DNA from: Fibrobacteria bacterium
GTDB taxonomy: Bacteria; Fibrobacterota; Fibrobacteria; UBA11236; JADFYW01
NCBI GenBank assembly: GCA_050294405.1
Contig: JBNKOC010000012.1
Coordinates: 288,001 to 352,000 of the forward strand
DNA length: 64,000 nt
Direction: 5' to 3'
In this document: piece by piece, positions 29,717 through 40,700 of the stretch
Layout: every line of letters begins with the position of its first letter
How positions within the stretch are numbered: the first letter of the stretch is position 1
Position numbers and translations under genes: made by a program
The notes under the pieces: generated by a model
Database searches by the model: none
The model's input: the letters and a program-made list of their open reading frames with translations, nothing else
Told to the model about the DNA's origin: nothing

Positions 29717-29784
29717 ATATTATTGGGATGCGAAATTGGGTAAAAAGGAGTTATCTTTCATTATAACCGACTGAAGGAGTAAAA

Positions 29785-29970
29785 ATGGCAATGCCTGGAA
29801 TGACAGAATTATTAATAGTGTTTGCAATTGTTATCCTGCTTTTCGGCGGAAAAAAAATTCCTGAAATTGCCCGGGGCATTGGCCGCGGTATTCGGGATTT
29901 CAAATCTGCAAAAAGTGGCCTTTTAGATGGAGATGCTAGTGTGGCGTCATCCGATAAAAAGGAGTCCTGA
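29785..29970 (+). CDS. tatA: Twin-arginine translocase TatA/E
   Basis: PGMTELLIVFAIVILLFGGKKIPEIARGIGRGIRDFK. Confidence 0.95.
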   Translation: MAMPGMTELLIVFAIVILLFGGKKIPEIARGIGRGIRDFKSAKSGLLDGDASVASSDKKES

Positions 29971-30290
29971 TGGAATTGCCTAAGCCACCCAAAACCTATA
30001 CCAATTTTATTAAGCAATATCCTGATTTAGGTAAGGCCTGGGAGCTGATAAACCAACAGGGAAAACAAGGTCCTCTTTCTGAAAAACAAGGGCGCCTTAT
30101 AAAACTGGCTATTGCCATAGGGACCAAAAGCGAAGGCGCTGTGCATTCGTCAGTTAGAAAGGCCCTCGCTATGGGCATTACCAAGGAGGAAATTTTACAA
30201 ACGGTGGCTCTTGCCGCAAGTTCCATGGGTATGCCCGCCACGGTGGCAGCCTACACCTGGGTTGTGGAAGAAATGAATAAATTAGAATAA
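29970..30290 (+). CDS. Carboxymuconolactone decarboxylase (AhpD-like) family protein
   Basis: GPLSEK..RLIKLAIAIG...GAVHSSVRKALAMGITKEEI. Confidence 0.85.
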   Translation: MELPKPPKTYTNFIKQYPDLGKAWELINQQGKQGPLSEKQGRLIKLAIAIGTKSEGAVHSSVRKALAMGITKEEILQTVALAASSMGMPATVAAYTWVVEEMNKLE

Positions 30291-30313
30291 AAAAGAATAT
30301 AAACGAATAAAGG

Positions 30314-30410
30314 ATCGTTCCTTATTCCGTGGTCCTAAAGCTTTAGCAATGGCAGCGGAACGATACGGCACTTCTGGAAACGGATTTGTCTCCCGGTGGA
30401 AAAGGAACCT
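30314..30410 (+). ncRNA. Moco-family riboswitch, variant lacking P3
   Basis: P1 GTTCCTT/AAGGAAC covering the RBS; P2 with receptor CCTAAA..AATGG; P4 with GAAA tetraloop; 3' CTCCCGGTGGAAAAGGA; directly upstream of moeA. Confidence 0.82.
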
Positions 30411-31616
30411 ATGATAACATCTGAAAAAAGCCTTGAAATAATTAGGGAATCCGCTCAAGATTTTGGCTGGGAATTTTGCCCCATTGAAAAAGCCAAGGGC
30501 AGGATTTTAGCTGAAGACCTTTTTGCGGATAGGGATTTCCCCCCTTTCAACCGAGTGGCCATGGATGGAATATGCATCCAGTACCAGGGTTATGAAAAAG
30601 GTTTGCGCCAATTTAAAATAAAAGGAGTTCAGGCTTCAGGGGCTCCTGCTCTGAGTCTGGAATCTTACGAGGATTGCCTGGAAATAATGACAGGAGCCAT
30701 GCTTCCCTCTTCGGCGGACACGGTAATTCGCTATGAAGACCTGGAATTATCCGAGGGCTTGGCCCGTTTAAAACCAGGAGCGGAAATTACCCGGGGCAAA
30801 AATATTCATGTTATGGGAAGCGATTTAAAAAAATCGGATAAAATTTTATCCAGAGCCAGTATTTTAAGAGGGCCGCAAATCGCCGTGGCGGCAACTATTG
30901 GCAAGCAAATGTTAAAGGTAAAAAAATGGCCCTGCGTTAGCATTGTGTCTACTGGCGATGAATTGGTTCCCATAGATAAAACTCCGCAGCCACAGCAAAT
31001 TCGAATCTCCAATAATTATGCCGTTCGGGCCATGCTGGAAGAATTGGGAATAAACAGCCTTGAAATTTTTCATAAAGCCGATGTGGAGGAAGAGTTAAGC
31101 TCATCTCTGGAAGATATGCTAAATAACTCGGATATTTTGATATTATCCGGTGGGGTTTCCATGGGGAAATTTGATTTTGTCCCGGGAATTTTAAAAGAAC
31201 TGGGAGTGGAGATTCTCTTCCATAAAGTGAAACAAAAACCGGGAAAACCCCTTCTTTATGGAGTGTATCAGGGAAAAGAAAAAAAAGCCTTTGTGTTCGG
31301 TCTTCCGGGAAACCCGGTTTCAAGTGTTATAAACTGCCGCAAATACATTGTGCCATTTATATATGCCTGCTGGGGCATTCCCGGCGGCGAAGGTTTTCCT
31401 ATTCCCTACGAGGGGAATTTTAGCCTTAAAGGAGATTTGGTTCAGTTTGTGCCAGTAAAAGTCCTAAGGGAAAAAACGGGAGCCTTTAAAGCTCAGCTTA
31501 TAAAAGGCAACGGGTCTGGCGATTTGGCGAGCCTGGCTTTGTCGGATGGCTTTTTAGAATTTATCCCGGGCAATAATAAACCGCCTTTGTTTTATGGATG
31601 GAGGGACATGTTGTGA
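30411..31616 (+). CDS. moeA: Molybdopterin molybdotransferase
   Basis: PPFNRVAMDG, IMTGAMLP, STGDELV, SGGVSMGKFD, QKPGKP, FGLPGNPVS. Confidence 0.95.
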   Translation: MITSEKSLEIIRESAQDFGWEFCPIEKAKGRILAEDLFADRDFPPFNRVAMDGICIQYQGYEKGLRQFKIKGVQASGAPALSLESYEDCLEIMTGAMLPSSADTVIRYEDLELSEGLARLKPGAEITRGKNIHVMGSDLKKSDKILSRASILRGPQIAVAATIGKQMLKVKKWPCVSIVSTGDELVPIDKTPQPQQIRISNNYAVRAMLEELGINSLEIFHKADVEEELSSSLEDMLNNSDILILSGGVSMGKFDFVPGILKELGVEILFHKVKQKPGKPLLYGVYQGKEKKAFVFGLPGNPVSSVINCRKYIVPFIYACWGIPGGEGFPIPYEGNFSLKGDLVQFVPVKVLREKTGAFKAQLIKGNGSGDLASLALSDGFLEFIPGNNKPPLFYGWRDML

Positions 31617-32584
31617 TAGCCATTCAAAAACATTTGTTGGCAAAAAGCCATTTGCAGGATGCCTACGGGCGCTACATGAGAAAACTTCGTATATCCCTTA
31701 CAGACGCCTGTAATTATCGCTGTTTTTATTGCATGCCCGAAGACACCGTTTTTGCCAAACAAAATAAATGGCTAAGTCCTGAAGAAATATTTGGCATCAG
31801 TTCCATGCTAGTGGGTTTAGGCGTAGAGCAGATTCGGGTGACTGGAGGGGAGCCATGCGCCCGGCCTGATTTTTTAAAAATCATGGAAATGCTAGGGAGT
31901 TTGAATTGCCAATCTTTGGGAGTTACCAGCAATGGCGAAAACTTAAAACCTATGTTATTGCCTTTGTGGAGCTATGGCTGCCGAAGTCTTAACATCAGTA
32001 TGGATAGCCTGGATGCCGGCAGGTTTGAACGCATCACAAAAAGCGGTAACTTAGCAAAGGTTTTAGGCAGCATATACACTGCCCGGGATATGGGTTTTAA
32101 AGTAAAAGTGAATTGCGTGGCTTTTAAGGGAATAAATGATGGAGAGTTTTTGGATTTTTGCCATTGGTCTGCCAGAGAAAAAGTAGAAGTGCGTTTTTTG
32201 GAGTTTATGAAAATTGGCCCTCTATACAAGCAAAATTTTAATCGCTTTATTTCCGCGGGAGAAATTCTGGAGATATTAAAAAAAGAATTTACAATAGAGC
32301 CCATTAAGGTGGAAAGAGATTCCACCAGTTTTATGTATGCTTTGGACAACGGAGCAAAAATTGGTTTTATCGCTTCGGAAAGTAAGCCCTTTTGTGAGTC
32401 ATGTTCCCGCCTAAGGCTTTCTTCTGAGGGAGTATTGCGGTCCTGCCTTATGAAAGAAGAGGGTTTAAATGTAAAGGGTTTGCCCCCGGAAGAATTTTAC
32501 AAGGCCTTGGGTTGGGTAATTGCCCAAAAACCAGTGGAAAGGCTGGAGTCTTTGGGACAGTCTATGAATCAAATTGGGGGTTGA
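31598..32584 (+). CDS. moaA: GTP 3',8-cyclase
   Basis: LRISLTDACNYRCFYCMP, TGGEP, FCESCSRLRL...SCL, C-terminal IGG. Confidence 0.95.
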   Translation: MEGHVVIAIQKHLLAKSHLQDAYGRYMRKLRISLTDACNYRCFYCMPEDTVFAKQNKWLSPEEIFGISSMLVGLGVEQIRVTGGEPCARPDFLKIMEMLGSLNCQSLGVTSNGENLKPMLLPLWSYGCRSLNISMDSLDAGRFERITKSGNLAKVLGSIYTARDMGFKVKVNCVAFKGINDGEFLDFCHWSAREKVEVRFLEFMKIGPLYKQNFNRFISAGEILEILKKEFTIEPIKVERDSTSFMYALDNGAKIGFIASESKPFCESCSRLRLSSEGVLRSCLMKEEGLNVKGLPPEEFYKALGWVIAQKPVERLESLGQSMNQIGG

Positions 32585-32586
32585 CA

Positions 32587-33726
32587 ATGAGCGAATCTAC
32601 TTGTACACCGACAAAAACTCCCAAGGGGCCCGGTTCGCACCCTTTTGAAATGGCCATTTGCGGTTATACGGGAAGCGGTAAAACCACATTAATTGGAAAA
32701 CTCATTGGAAGCTTTAAGGGAAATTATTCGGTGGGTTTTCATAAACATGACGTACATGCCTTTGATATGGACAGGGAGGGGAAAGACACCTGGAAAGCAA
32801 GCCAAAGCGGAGCTTCACAGATTTTAATCGATGGGGATTCCCGACATGCATATATCGGCGAAAAGGGAATGGATGTTTTTTCCCTTTCGGCGGTTAAAGA
32901 ACAATGCGATATATCCCTGGTGGAAGGCTACAAAGATTCTGAATTGCCCAAGTTGCTGCTTTTGGATGAAGAGGGACAATTAACCCAAAATTTTTTAGCT
33001 GGAAGGTTTAGCAATGTATTGGGGCTTATATATCCCGATAAAAAAAGTTTGCCTTCCCAAACTGATATACCAAGCTTTCATCGGGATGATGTAAGTGGAA
33101 TAGCCAGTTTTATTTTGAGCCATTTTGAAGAAAAGCTAAAACAAATTCCCCTTTATGGCTTAGTGCTAAATGGCGGTTTGTCCAGCAGAATGGGAGAAGA
33201 CAAAGGCCAGATGGATTACCACGGAAAGGCCCAGGTGCGGTATGCTAAGGAATTGCTGGAACCTTTTTGCGAAAAGGTATTTGTATCCACCAGACCTGGT
33301 AAAACCGCAGAGGGCTTTTCCGAAGCCCAAACCATATACGACAGTTATTTAAATACAGGGCCTCTGGGCGGGATTCTTTCGGCCCAAAAGCAATTTCCCA
33401 AGGCGGCCTTTTTGGTTTTGGCCTGTGACTTGCCTCTGGTTAGCCATAAGAGTTTAGAGCAGATTGTAAAACAAAGAAACCCCTTTAAGTTGGCCAGTTG
33501 CTTTTCAAATCCCGAAAACAACCTTCCTGAGCCGCTGATCGCCATTTACGAACCGAAATTTTTTAAAAGGGCCCATTTGTTTATAGCCCAGGGTTTTGGT
33601 TGCCCCAGAAAAGTGTTGATCAATTCCAACAGCCATGTTGTTGAACCCAAATACCCGCAGGAATTGGCCAATGCCAACACTAAAGAAGATTACCATCAGT
33701 TAAAATCCCGTTTGAAGGAGGGTTGA
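32587..33726 (+). CDS. MobB-MobA fusion (molybdopterin guanine dinucleotide synthesis)
   Basis: N-terminal P-loop GYTGSGKTT, KHDVH, DREGKDT, VEGYK; C-terminal LNGGLSSRMGEDK, GPLGGI, LACDLP, PEPLIAIYE. Confidence 0.88.
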   Translation: MSESTCTPTKTPKGPGSHPFEMAICGYTGSGKTTLIGKLIGSFKGNYSVGFHKHDVHAFDMDREGKDTWKASQSGASQILIDGDSRHAYIGEKGMDVFSLSAVKEQCDISLVEGYKDSELPKLLLLDEEGQLTQNFLAGRFSNVLGLIYPDKKSLPSQTDIPSFHRDDVSGIASFILSHFEEKLKQIPLYGLVLNGGLSSRMGEDKGQMDYHGKAQVRYAKELLEPFCEKVFVSTRPGKTAEGFSEAQTIYDSYLNTGPLGGILSAQKQFPKAAFLVLACDLPLVSHKSLEQIVKQRNPFKLASCFSNPENNLPEPLIAIYEPKFFKRAHLFIAQGFGCPRKVLINSNSHVVEPKYPQELANANTKEDYHQLKSRLKEG

Positions 33727-33729
33727 ATT

Positions 33730-33978
33730 TTGAATCCTATTAACATCACTGTAAAATATTTTGCCCTGTTGAGAGAAAAAGCCGGAATATCTGAAGAACA
33801 AATCACCACCGAAGCCCGTACCCCGGAAGCCTTGTATAAAACCTTAGAAGACAAATACCATTTTCACATGAAGATGGAAGGCCTTCGAGTGGCTATCAAT
33901 CAGGAATTTAGCCATTGGCAGGATAGCTTAAAGGAAGGGGATGAATTGGTTTTTATGACCCCTGTGGCAGGAGGCTAA
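33730..33978 (+). CDS. moaD: Molybdopterin synthase sulfur carrier
   Basis: KYFALLREKAG...VAINQEF...PVAGG C-terminus. Confidence 0.93.
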   Translation: MNPINITVKYFALLREKAGISEEQITTEARTPEALYKTLEDKYHFHMKMEGLRVAINQEFSHWQDSLKEGDELVFMTPVAGG

Positions 33979-33980
33979 TT

Positions 33981-34424
33981 GTGTTTTCCATAACATACGA
34001 AAAAATAAATGAACTGAAGTTAAAAGAGTTTTGCATACGTCCCGATGCCGGGGGCTATGTTAGCTTTGAAGGCTGGGTTAGAAATCACAACGAAGGCGCG
34101 GAAGTCATAAAACTCGAATACGAAGGTTATGACGACATGGCTCTTAGACAAGGGCAGAAAATTTTGTCTGAGGCTTTAAAAAAATTTGATGTTTTTTCTG
34201 CGCGCTGCGAACATCGATTGGGAAAGCTGGAAATCGGGGATATGGCTGTATGGGTGGGGGTGAGCTCCGCCCACAGAAAAGAGGCTTTTGAAGCCTGCCA
34301 GTATATTATTGATACGGTGAAACACAGTTTGCCCATTTGGAAAAAAGAATATTATTTAAATGGGGATTCGGGTTGGGTCAATTGTGAGGCCTGTGCTGCG
34401 GCGGGGGAACACCACCACCATTAA
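33981..34424 (+). CDS. moaE: Molybdopterin synthase catalytic subunit
   Basis: FEGWVRNHN, LEYEGY, HRLG, SAHRKEAF, PIWKKE. Confidence 0.94.
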   Translation: MFSITYEKINELKLKEFCIRPDAGGYVSFEGWVRNHNEGAEVIKLEYEGYDDMALRQGQKILSEALKKFDVFSARCEHRLGKLEIGDMAVWVGVSSAHRKEAFEACQYIIDTVKHSLPIWKKEYYLNGDSGWVNCEACAAAGEHHHH

Positions 34425-34523
34425 TTTGTCAAAATTCGTATAAATGACAATTTGGCAGCTTTTGTCTCATGGAATAATTTAATTTTTGCTTAAATTTTTA
34501 AAAAAGACAAATAGGAGGAGATA

Positions 34524-34976
34524 ATGAAAAAATTGTTCGTGGCATTGATGTTGGCTGGATTTTGCGGGGCTTGGGCTGCCGATGAAGATCCATCTAAGTA
34601 TATGATTAGCACTCCCGATTTAATCAAAGCGGGGAATGCTAAATTTCAAACTTTGTGCGCTGCCTGTCATGGCGCTACAGGTGATGGAAATACTCCAGTT
34701 GCCGCCAGTTTAAAACCCCCTCCTCGTTCTTTTTTAGATCCAAAAGTAGAATGGACTAACGGCCGCGAACCTGCGGAAATTTACAAAACCATTGTTAAAG
34801 GTATTCCAGGTACAGGCATGGCTCCCATGGGCGCTGCCTTAAGCATTAAAGAACGTTGGGCCATTGTTCATTTTATCAACTCTTTGGCGGGCTGCAAAGA
34901 TAAGTACACCCCCATTAGCAAGAAAAATCTGGCTGAAAATTTAAAGAAAGTAAAAGAAATAGATTCTGCGAAATAA
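34524..34976 (+). CDS. Monoheme class I cytochrome c
   Basis: AGGAGG RBS, signal peptide, CAACHG, PPPRSF, GIPGTGM. Confidence 0.9.
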   Translation: MKKLFVALMLAGFCGAWAADEDPSKYMISTPDLIKAGNAKFQTLCAACHGATGDGNTPVAASLKPPPRSFLDPKVEWTNGREPAEIYKTIVKGIPGTGMAPMGAALSIKERWAIVHFINSLAGCKDKYTPISKKNLAENLKKVKEIDSAK

Positions 34977-34998
34977 TTTCTGATGCCAGTAAAAGAAT

Positions 34999-35031
34999 AG
35001 GCGAGGTTTTATGGAGCCTCGCTTTTTTTTT
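34999..35031 (+). terminator. Intrinsic terminator
   Basis: GCGAGGTTT...GAGCCTCGC stem followed by a T run. Confidence 0.8.
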
Positions 35032-35078
35032 GGGGTTTTTTTCTATTATTCAATCCGTTGGAATAGGAAAGGAATGTT

Positions 35079-36116
35079 ATGAATCCCGTTAAAAAAATTG
35101 TTTTTTTGGTATTATCGGCCTTAGCTCTTACAGCCGCTATGGAGGACCACAAGGTCAATGTTAGTGGTAAAATCCAGTTCAGAGACGAATACAGCTCTAC
35201 AAGCGACAGCGCCTTTAACGCTGTTAAAGTTAAAGGCTACAGTGAAATCAAAGGCGGCTTAGGCGAGTTTTTTGAAACTGGCTTTCGTATTACCACTCAA
35301 AAAGTTGGAAACAAAAAAAGCGCCCATGTGGACTTAAATACAGGCTTTGAAAAAATGACTCCGGGCATCGACAGAGCCTACATAAACATTGTGGTTAACC
35401 CCGAATTAAAAATGCATTTGGGAAAAACAGGCTTTCTGTTTAAAGATGCCGGTTTGTACAGCCAGCACGCCTGGGATAAGGATATCCAGCCCGAGGGCAT
35501 AGCCCTTAAGTTTGATCATAAAACCGAAGAAAACGACTGGGTGAAATCCGGGGGCTTTGTGGCCAGCCTTTATGTGATGGACAATCTGGGAAAGGGCAAG
35601 GATATTCCCACTTTATCTGCGAACCAGGTTTTTTTAGAAGTCCCCCTTAAAAAAATAGCCATGTTGGATATGGCTACTGCCGGCTATTTTTATTTTCATC
35701 CCCAAACCCCCTCTGGTGAAAACCATGGGATGGAATACCACATTTTACACCAATACATCAGCGCCAAGTTCGGATTTACTCCTGTTCCCTGGGAAATTAA
35801 ATTTGAAAATTTTTACAATTACATGACCGATAGGGATAATCTGGGTTTTGTAATGGGCGCAGGGGTCGGAAGAAAAGAAAAATTGGGAGATGTATTCGCC
35901 TTTTTCCAAGGCCAGTATATTGGCGAACGGGCAGTGAACCCGGCCTTTTCCCAGGGCGACTTTGGCGCAGCGTCTGATTATTGGGGCTATTTATTGGGCC
36001 TTCGCATTGGCCTTGACCCCAAAGTGAATTTGGCGTTTAAAATTTTATCCACCAATCCCCAGCGGGAAGAAAACTGGAATTTTAAAGCCCGTATGGATAT
36101 GACGGCCAAGTTTTAA
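35079..36116 (+). CDS. Putative outer-membrane porin
   Basis: Signal peptide; SGKIQFRDE, IDRAYI, WDKDIQPEG; C-terminal MDMTAKF. Confidence 0.75.
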   Translation: MNPVKKIVFLVLSALALTAAMEDHKVNVSGKIQFRDEYSSTSDSAFNAVKVKGYSEIKGGLGEFFETGFRITTQKVGNKKSAHVDLNTGFEKMTPGIDRAYINIVVNPELKMHLGKTGFLFKDAGLYSQHAWDKDIQPEGIALKFDHKTEENDWVKSGGFVASLYVMDNLGKGKDIPTLSANQVFLEVPLKKIAMLDMATAGYFYFHPQTPSGENHGMEYHILHQYISAKFGFTPVPWEIKFENFYNYMTDRDNLGFVMGAGVGRKEKLGDVFAFFQGQYIGERAVNPAFSQGDFGAASDYWGYLLGLRIGLDPKVNLAFKILSTNPQREENWNFKARMDMTAKF

Positions 36117-36148
36117 AGGTTTGCTAAATTTTTAACCTTTCTAATGCT

Positions 36149-37516
36149 GTGGACTATGATGTAGCCATTGTTGGAGGGGGAATCAGCGGCCTTTCGGCCG
36201 CCTTTTTTTTAAAATTAAAAAACCCTCGTCTTAAACTTTGCCTTCTGGAATCCTCTCCGAAATTAGGGGGGCTAATATCCAGTTACCAGGGTCCTAACGG
36301 GATAATGGAAGAAGGCCCTTACCTTTTTACAAGTCGTGGCCCTGCTTGCCAAAGTATGTTATCCCAACTGGGTACAAGGCTTGCCTTTCAAAAAGCCGAT
36401 GTAAGTCAGGGGCGGCGTTATGTTTTAAAAGAAAAAAAACTTTGGCCCTTTCCCCAAAATTTATGGGAGTTGGTAAAATCCCCCATTTTAAGCTATGCAG
36501 ATAAATGGGAACTGGTTAAAGAACCCATGCGCCCTGCTGTGTTAAAAGAAGAAAGCCTTAAAAACTTTGGTCTTCGCCGTCTGGGCAGGGGATTTTCGCA
36601 ACATTTTTTAGAGCCCATGGCTGCCAGTATTTTTGCCAGCTCTGCTGAAAAATTAAGTGCAGAGTTAATTGCGGGGAACTATAAAAATTGGGAGCGCCAA
36701 TATGGCAGCATTACAAAAGCCATGTGGGCCCAGAGTTTTAAAAAACCCCTACCCCTGTTTGCCCCGGCACCTCTTTCTCATGGTCTTTATTTCAAAGGAG
36801 GTATGGAAAGTTTTGTATCTGCTATTGAAAGCTGGCTTCTGGAAAAAAACACAACTCTCCTAAAAAATACTCCGGTGTTTGAAATCAAAAAAAATGAAAA
36901 CTGTTATTCCTTATTGACCAGCCAGAGTCTGCGTATAAAGGCCAATAAACTGGTTTTATCTACTCCGGCCCATTGTATTGCAAATATGTTTCCAGAGCTT
37001 TCAAAGCCTCTCAAAACGCTCCTGGAGTCCATCCAATACGCTGCTCTTGCCACTTATTATTTTTCTTTTCCCGCCTCCCAAAAACTGCCCCCGGGCTTTG
37101 GGTTTTTTGTTCCCACATTAACGCAAACTCCCATCACAAGCGGCGTTTTTTTATCCAATCTTTTTCCCCATGTTATGGAGAAGGGCCGCCAACTCTTGAG
37201 TGTTCAATTGGCTAAAACCATGAATCTCCAAAATATTGAGGAAGAAAAGCTTTACTGGCACAGCCATATTAAAAAGCAACTACCCTCTTTTATTTTGCCA
37301 GCTAACAGTGAGTTGGAGCGTTTTGTTTATCTTCCCCAGGGAATGCCGGTGTATTCGCCTTTCCACAAAGAAAAATGCAGCGAAATTGAAAAACTACTGA
37401 AACAGCAATTACCTAACCTTTACATCAACCAAAGCTTTTTGACGGGTTCGGGTTTGGAAAGATGCATGGAGCAATCCCAACAACTTTCTGAAAAGCTCCA
37501 CCAATCTGTCTTTTAA
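36149..37516 (+). CDS. hemY: Protoporphyrinogen/coproporphyrinogen oxidase, HemY family
   Basis: VGGGISGLSAA, LESS..LGG, EEGP, EESL..F..RRLG, FKGGM, GFGFFVP, MPVY. Confidence 0.8.
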   Translation: MDYDVAIVGGGISGLSAAFFLKLKNPRLKLCLLESSPKLGGLISSYQGPNGIMEEGPYLFTSRGPACQSMLSQLGTRLAFQKADVSQGRRYVLKEKKLWPFPQNLWELVKSPILSYADKWELVKEPMRPAVLKEESLKNFGLRRLGRGFSQHFLEPMAASIFASSAEKLSAELIAGNYKNWERQYGSITKAMWAQSFKKPLPLFAPAPLSHGLYFKGGMESFVSAIESWLLEKNTTLLKNTPVFEIKKNENCYSLLTSQSLRIKANKLVLSTPAHCIANMFPELSKPLKTLLESIQYAALATYYFSFPASQKLPPGFGFFVPTLTQTPITSGVFLSNLFPHVMEKGRQLLSVQLAKTMNLQNIEEEKLYWHSHIKKQLPSFILPANSELERFVYLPQGMPVYSPFHKEKCSEIEKLLKQQLPNLYINQSFLTGSGLERCMEQSQQLSEKLHQSVF

Positions 37517-37648
37517 ACTTTTCAAGTTTTTTAGGCAAGACTGGAATTCAGTTTTTTTTTGAGAAATTTGAGCCATTTTTGGCAAAATAAGCCAAAAATC
37601 ACCAAATTTCGTTAATAAAAAATATCCAAATAAAACACTTGCACATAT

Positions 37649-37706
37649 CCCCAAGGTATTGTATTTCTTTAGGTCAAAATTTGAAAACAACCACCATATA
37701 TTGTAG
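37649..37706. promoter_or_regulatory. Two NrdR boxes
   Basis: CCCCAAGGTATTGTAT (37649-37664) and CCACCATATATTGTAG (37691-37706), 42 bp apart, matching acaCwAtATaTwGtgt upstream of nrdJ. Confidence 0.78.
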
Positions 37707-37720
37707 ACAGGGGTCAAAGA

Positions 37721-40700
37721 ATGCAAATTAAGAGAAAATTCACCAAAGCAGGCGAAAACCCGTACCATTCCGTAAAATACGAATGGCGCACCTCCACCAT
37801 CCGCAACGAGGATGGCAGTTCCGCTTCGCGTTCGGTATCTGTAGAAAGTCCTGTGGGCTGGTCTCAGGTAGCCACAGATATTTTAGCTCAAAAGTATCTG
37901 AGAAGAAGCGATGTGCCTCAATTAAATGATAAGGGAGAGCCCCTTTTAGATGAAAACGGAAAGCAAGTTACGGGGGGCGAAAACAGCGTCCGTCAGGTGG
38001 TGGATAGATTAGTTGGATGCTGGCAACATTGGGGTGACGAACACAATTACTTTAACAGCCCTGAAGACTCCCAGGCTTTTTACGACGAAGTGGTGCACAT
38101 GATGTTAAAACAAATGGCCGCACCAAATTCTCCCCAGTGGTTTAATACAGGATTAGCTCTTAAATATGGTATCAAAGGCACTTATCAGGGCCATTGGTAT
38201 GTAGACCCCAAAACCCATAAAATGACCAAATCCGAAGATGCTTTTACCCATCCCCAGCCCCATGCCTGCTTTATTCAATCGGTGGACGATGATTTATTAG
38301 GAGACAACGGTATTTACAGCCTGCTTACCCGTGAAGGTCGTATTTTTAAATTTGGCTCTGGCACTGGAACTAACTTCAGCAACATCCGCGGGGTAGGTGA
38401 AGCCCTTGGCAGTGGTGGTTTCTCTTCGGGCTTAATGTCCTTTTTGCGTATTTACGACAGAGCTGCGGGCTCCATTAAATCCGGCGGAACAACCCGCCGC
38501 GCCGCTAAAATGGTTTGCCTTGATATTGACCATCCTGAAGTAGAAGAGTTTATCAAATGGAAGAGCAACGAAGAAAGAAAAGTAGGCGCATTGGTAACAG
38601 GCGTTCGCTCGGTTAATCAGGCCTTTGAAAAAATCCTAAAAGAAGCCGCTTCTGTAAAAGATGCCTCTGAAGAAGCAGAACCCTTAGTTAAAGCTGTTCG
38701 CGATGCCCTGGATATGGGGCTTCCCGAAGGCATGATAAAAAGAGCTCTGCAATTGGGTTCCCAAGGCATTACTGAATTTAAAATGGATGAAATGAGCACT
38801 GACTATGAAGGCGATGCCTATGCCACGGTAAGTGGGCAGAACTCCAACAATTCTGTTCGAATTCCTCACAAGTTTATGTCCCTGGTTCAAAAAAATGGCG
38901 ACTGGGATTTGACCGGTCGCGTGGACGGCAAGGCTGTAAAAACAATTAAAGCCTCTAAACTATGGGAAGACATCGCAATAGCTGCCTGGGAATGCGCAGA
39001 CCCCGGATTGCAATTTGACGATACTATTAACGATTGGCACACCTGCCCTAGCGATGGCAGAATTCGCAGTTCCAACCCCTGTTCTGAGTATATGTTCCTG
39101 GACGATACTGCCTGTAATCTGGCCAGCATAAATCTGGTTCATTTTATAGACTCTAAAGGCCACTTTGATGTGGACTCTTTTAACCACGCCGTTCGCCTTT
39201 GGACAACCGTACTGGAAATTTCCGTAACTATGGCCCAATTCCCTTCTTTGGAAATTGCCCAGCGCTCTTTTGATTATCGTACCCTGGGTCTTGGCTACGC
39301 CAATCTGGGCAGCATATTAATGAGAATGGGAATCGCTTATGATAGTAAAGAAGCTGCTGCTTTAACCGGAGCTATCACCGCGGTTATGTGCGGCACTTCT
39401 TACGCGACTTCCGCAGAACTTGCCGGAGACCACGGTGCCTTTGCCAGATACGAAGCCAACAAAAAAGACATGTTAAGGGTTATTCGCAACCACCGTCGAG
39501 CAGCTTACAACACCCCTGTGGGCGAATACGAACAATTGGGTATTACTCCCATTGGTTTAAACAAAGACAACTGCCCTTCTTATTTGGCCGTAGCAGCCAG
39601 AGAAGCCTGGGACAAAGCTTTGGAATTAGGTGAAAAACATGGCTATCGCAATGCTCAAGTAACCGTAATAGCTCCTACGGGAACGATTGGTTTGGTAATG
39701 GATTGCGACACCACTGGAATTGAGCCTGATTTTGCCTTGGTTAAATTCAAAAAATTATCTGGTGGCGGTTATTTCAAAATTGTAAACCAATCGGTAGCTC
39801 CAGCTTTGCGTACCTTGGGCTACAATCAGGATCAAATCAAAGCCATTGAACTTTATTGTAAGGGCCATGCCTCTTTAAAAGACTCCCCTCATATCAATGA
39901 GGCTTCTTTAAAAGCCAAAGGCTTTACTCAGGAAGTGATTGATTTAATTAACGGGGCCTTGCCTGGTGCCTTTGAAATCCACCACGCCATTAACTCCTAT
40001 GTTATTGGCCAGGACTTTCTGGCGAAAAAATTAAATGTTCCCAGCGAACAATTAAACCACCCCAATTTCAACATTTTAAGCTTCTTAGGCTTTACTCAAT
40101 CTCAAATCGAAGAGGCCAATCTATATATATGCGGTCGTCAAACCATAGAAGGAGCTCCATATTTGGCCAAAGAGCATTACCCTGTATTTGATTGCGCCAA
40201 TACCTGCGGCCCTCATGGAACCCGTTCCATAGCGCCTAAGGGACACCTTCGTATTATGGCAGCGGCTCAGTCTTTTATTAGCGGTGCTATTTCTAAAACT
40301 TTTAACCTTCCCGGCGACGCCTCTGTGGCAGATGTAAAAGACATTTACAGAACAGCCTGGGAAATGGGATTAAAAGCGGTTTCCATATACCGCGACAGTT
40401 CTAAACTGTCTCAGCCTCTGAGCTCTTCCGGCGCTCTGCCCAAGGTGATGCGCCTTGCCAAGCAGCGTCCTGCCGAGCCAGAAAAACCAGTGGTATTTGA
40501 AAATGTTCAAAAGAAAAAACAGCCCGAGCCTCTTAGCTGGCCACAGTCTAAAAGAAGACAGCTCCCCACCCGCAGAGATGGCTTTGTTCAGGAAGCTGAA
40601 GTAGGCGGCCATAAAATCTTTTTGAGAACCGGCGAATATCCCGATGGCACTTTGGGAGAAATCTTTATTGATATGTATAAAGAAGGCGCTTCTTACCGCG

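Noticed and set aside
34524..36116. Split Cyc2-like cytochrome-porin iron oxidase
   Set aside because: The genes are separated by a terminator, and the cytochrome is an ordinary class I domain without the Cyc2 N-terminal pattern
37517..37720. Cobalamin riboswitch upstream of nrdJ
   Set aside because: No B12-box or conserved stems seen; NrdR boxes explain the region
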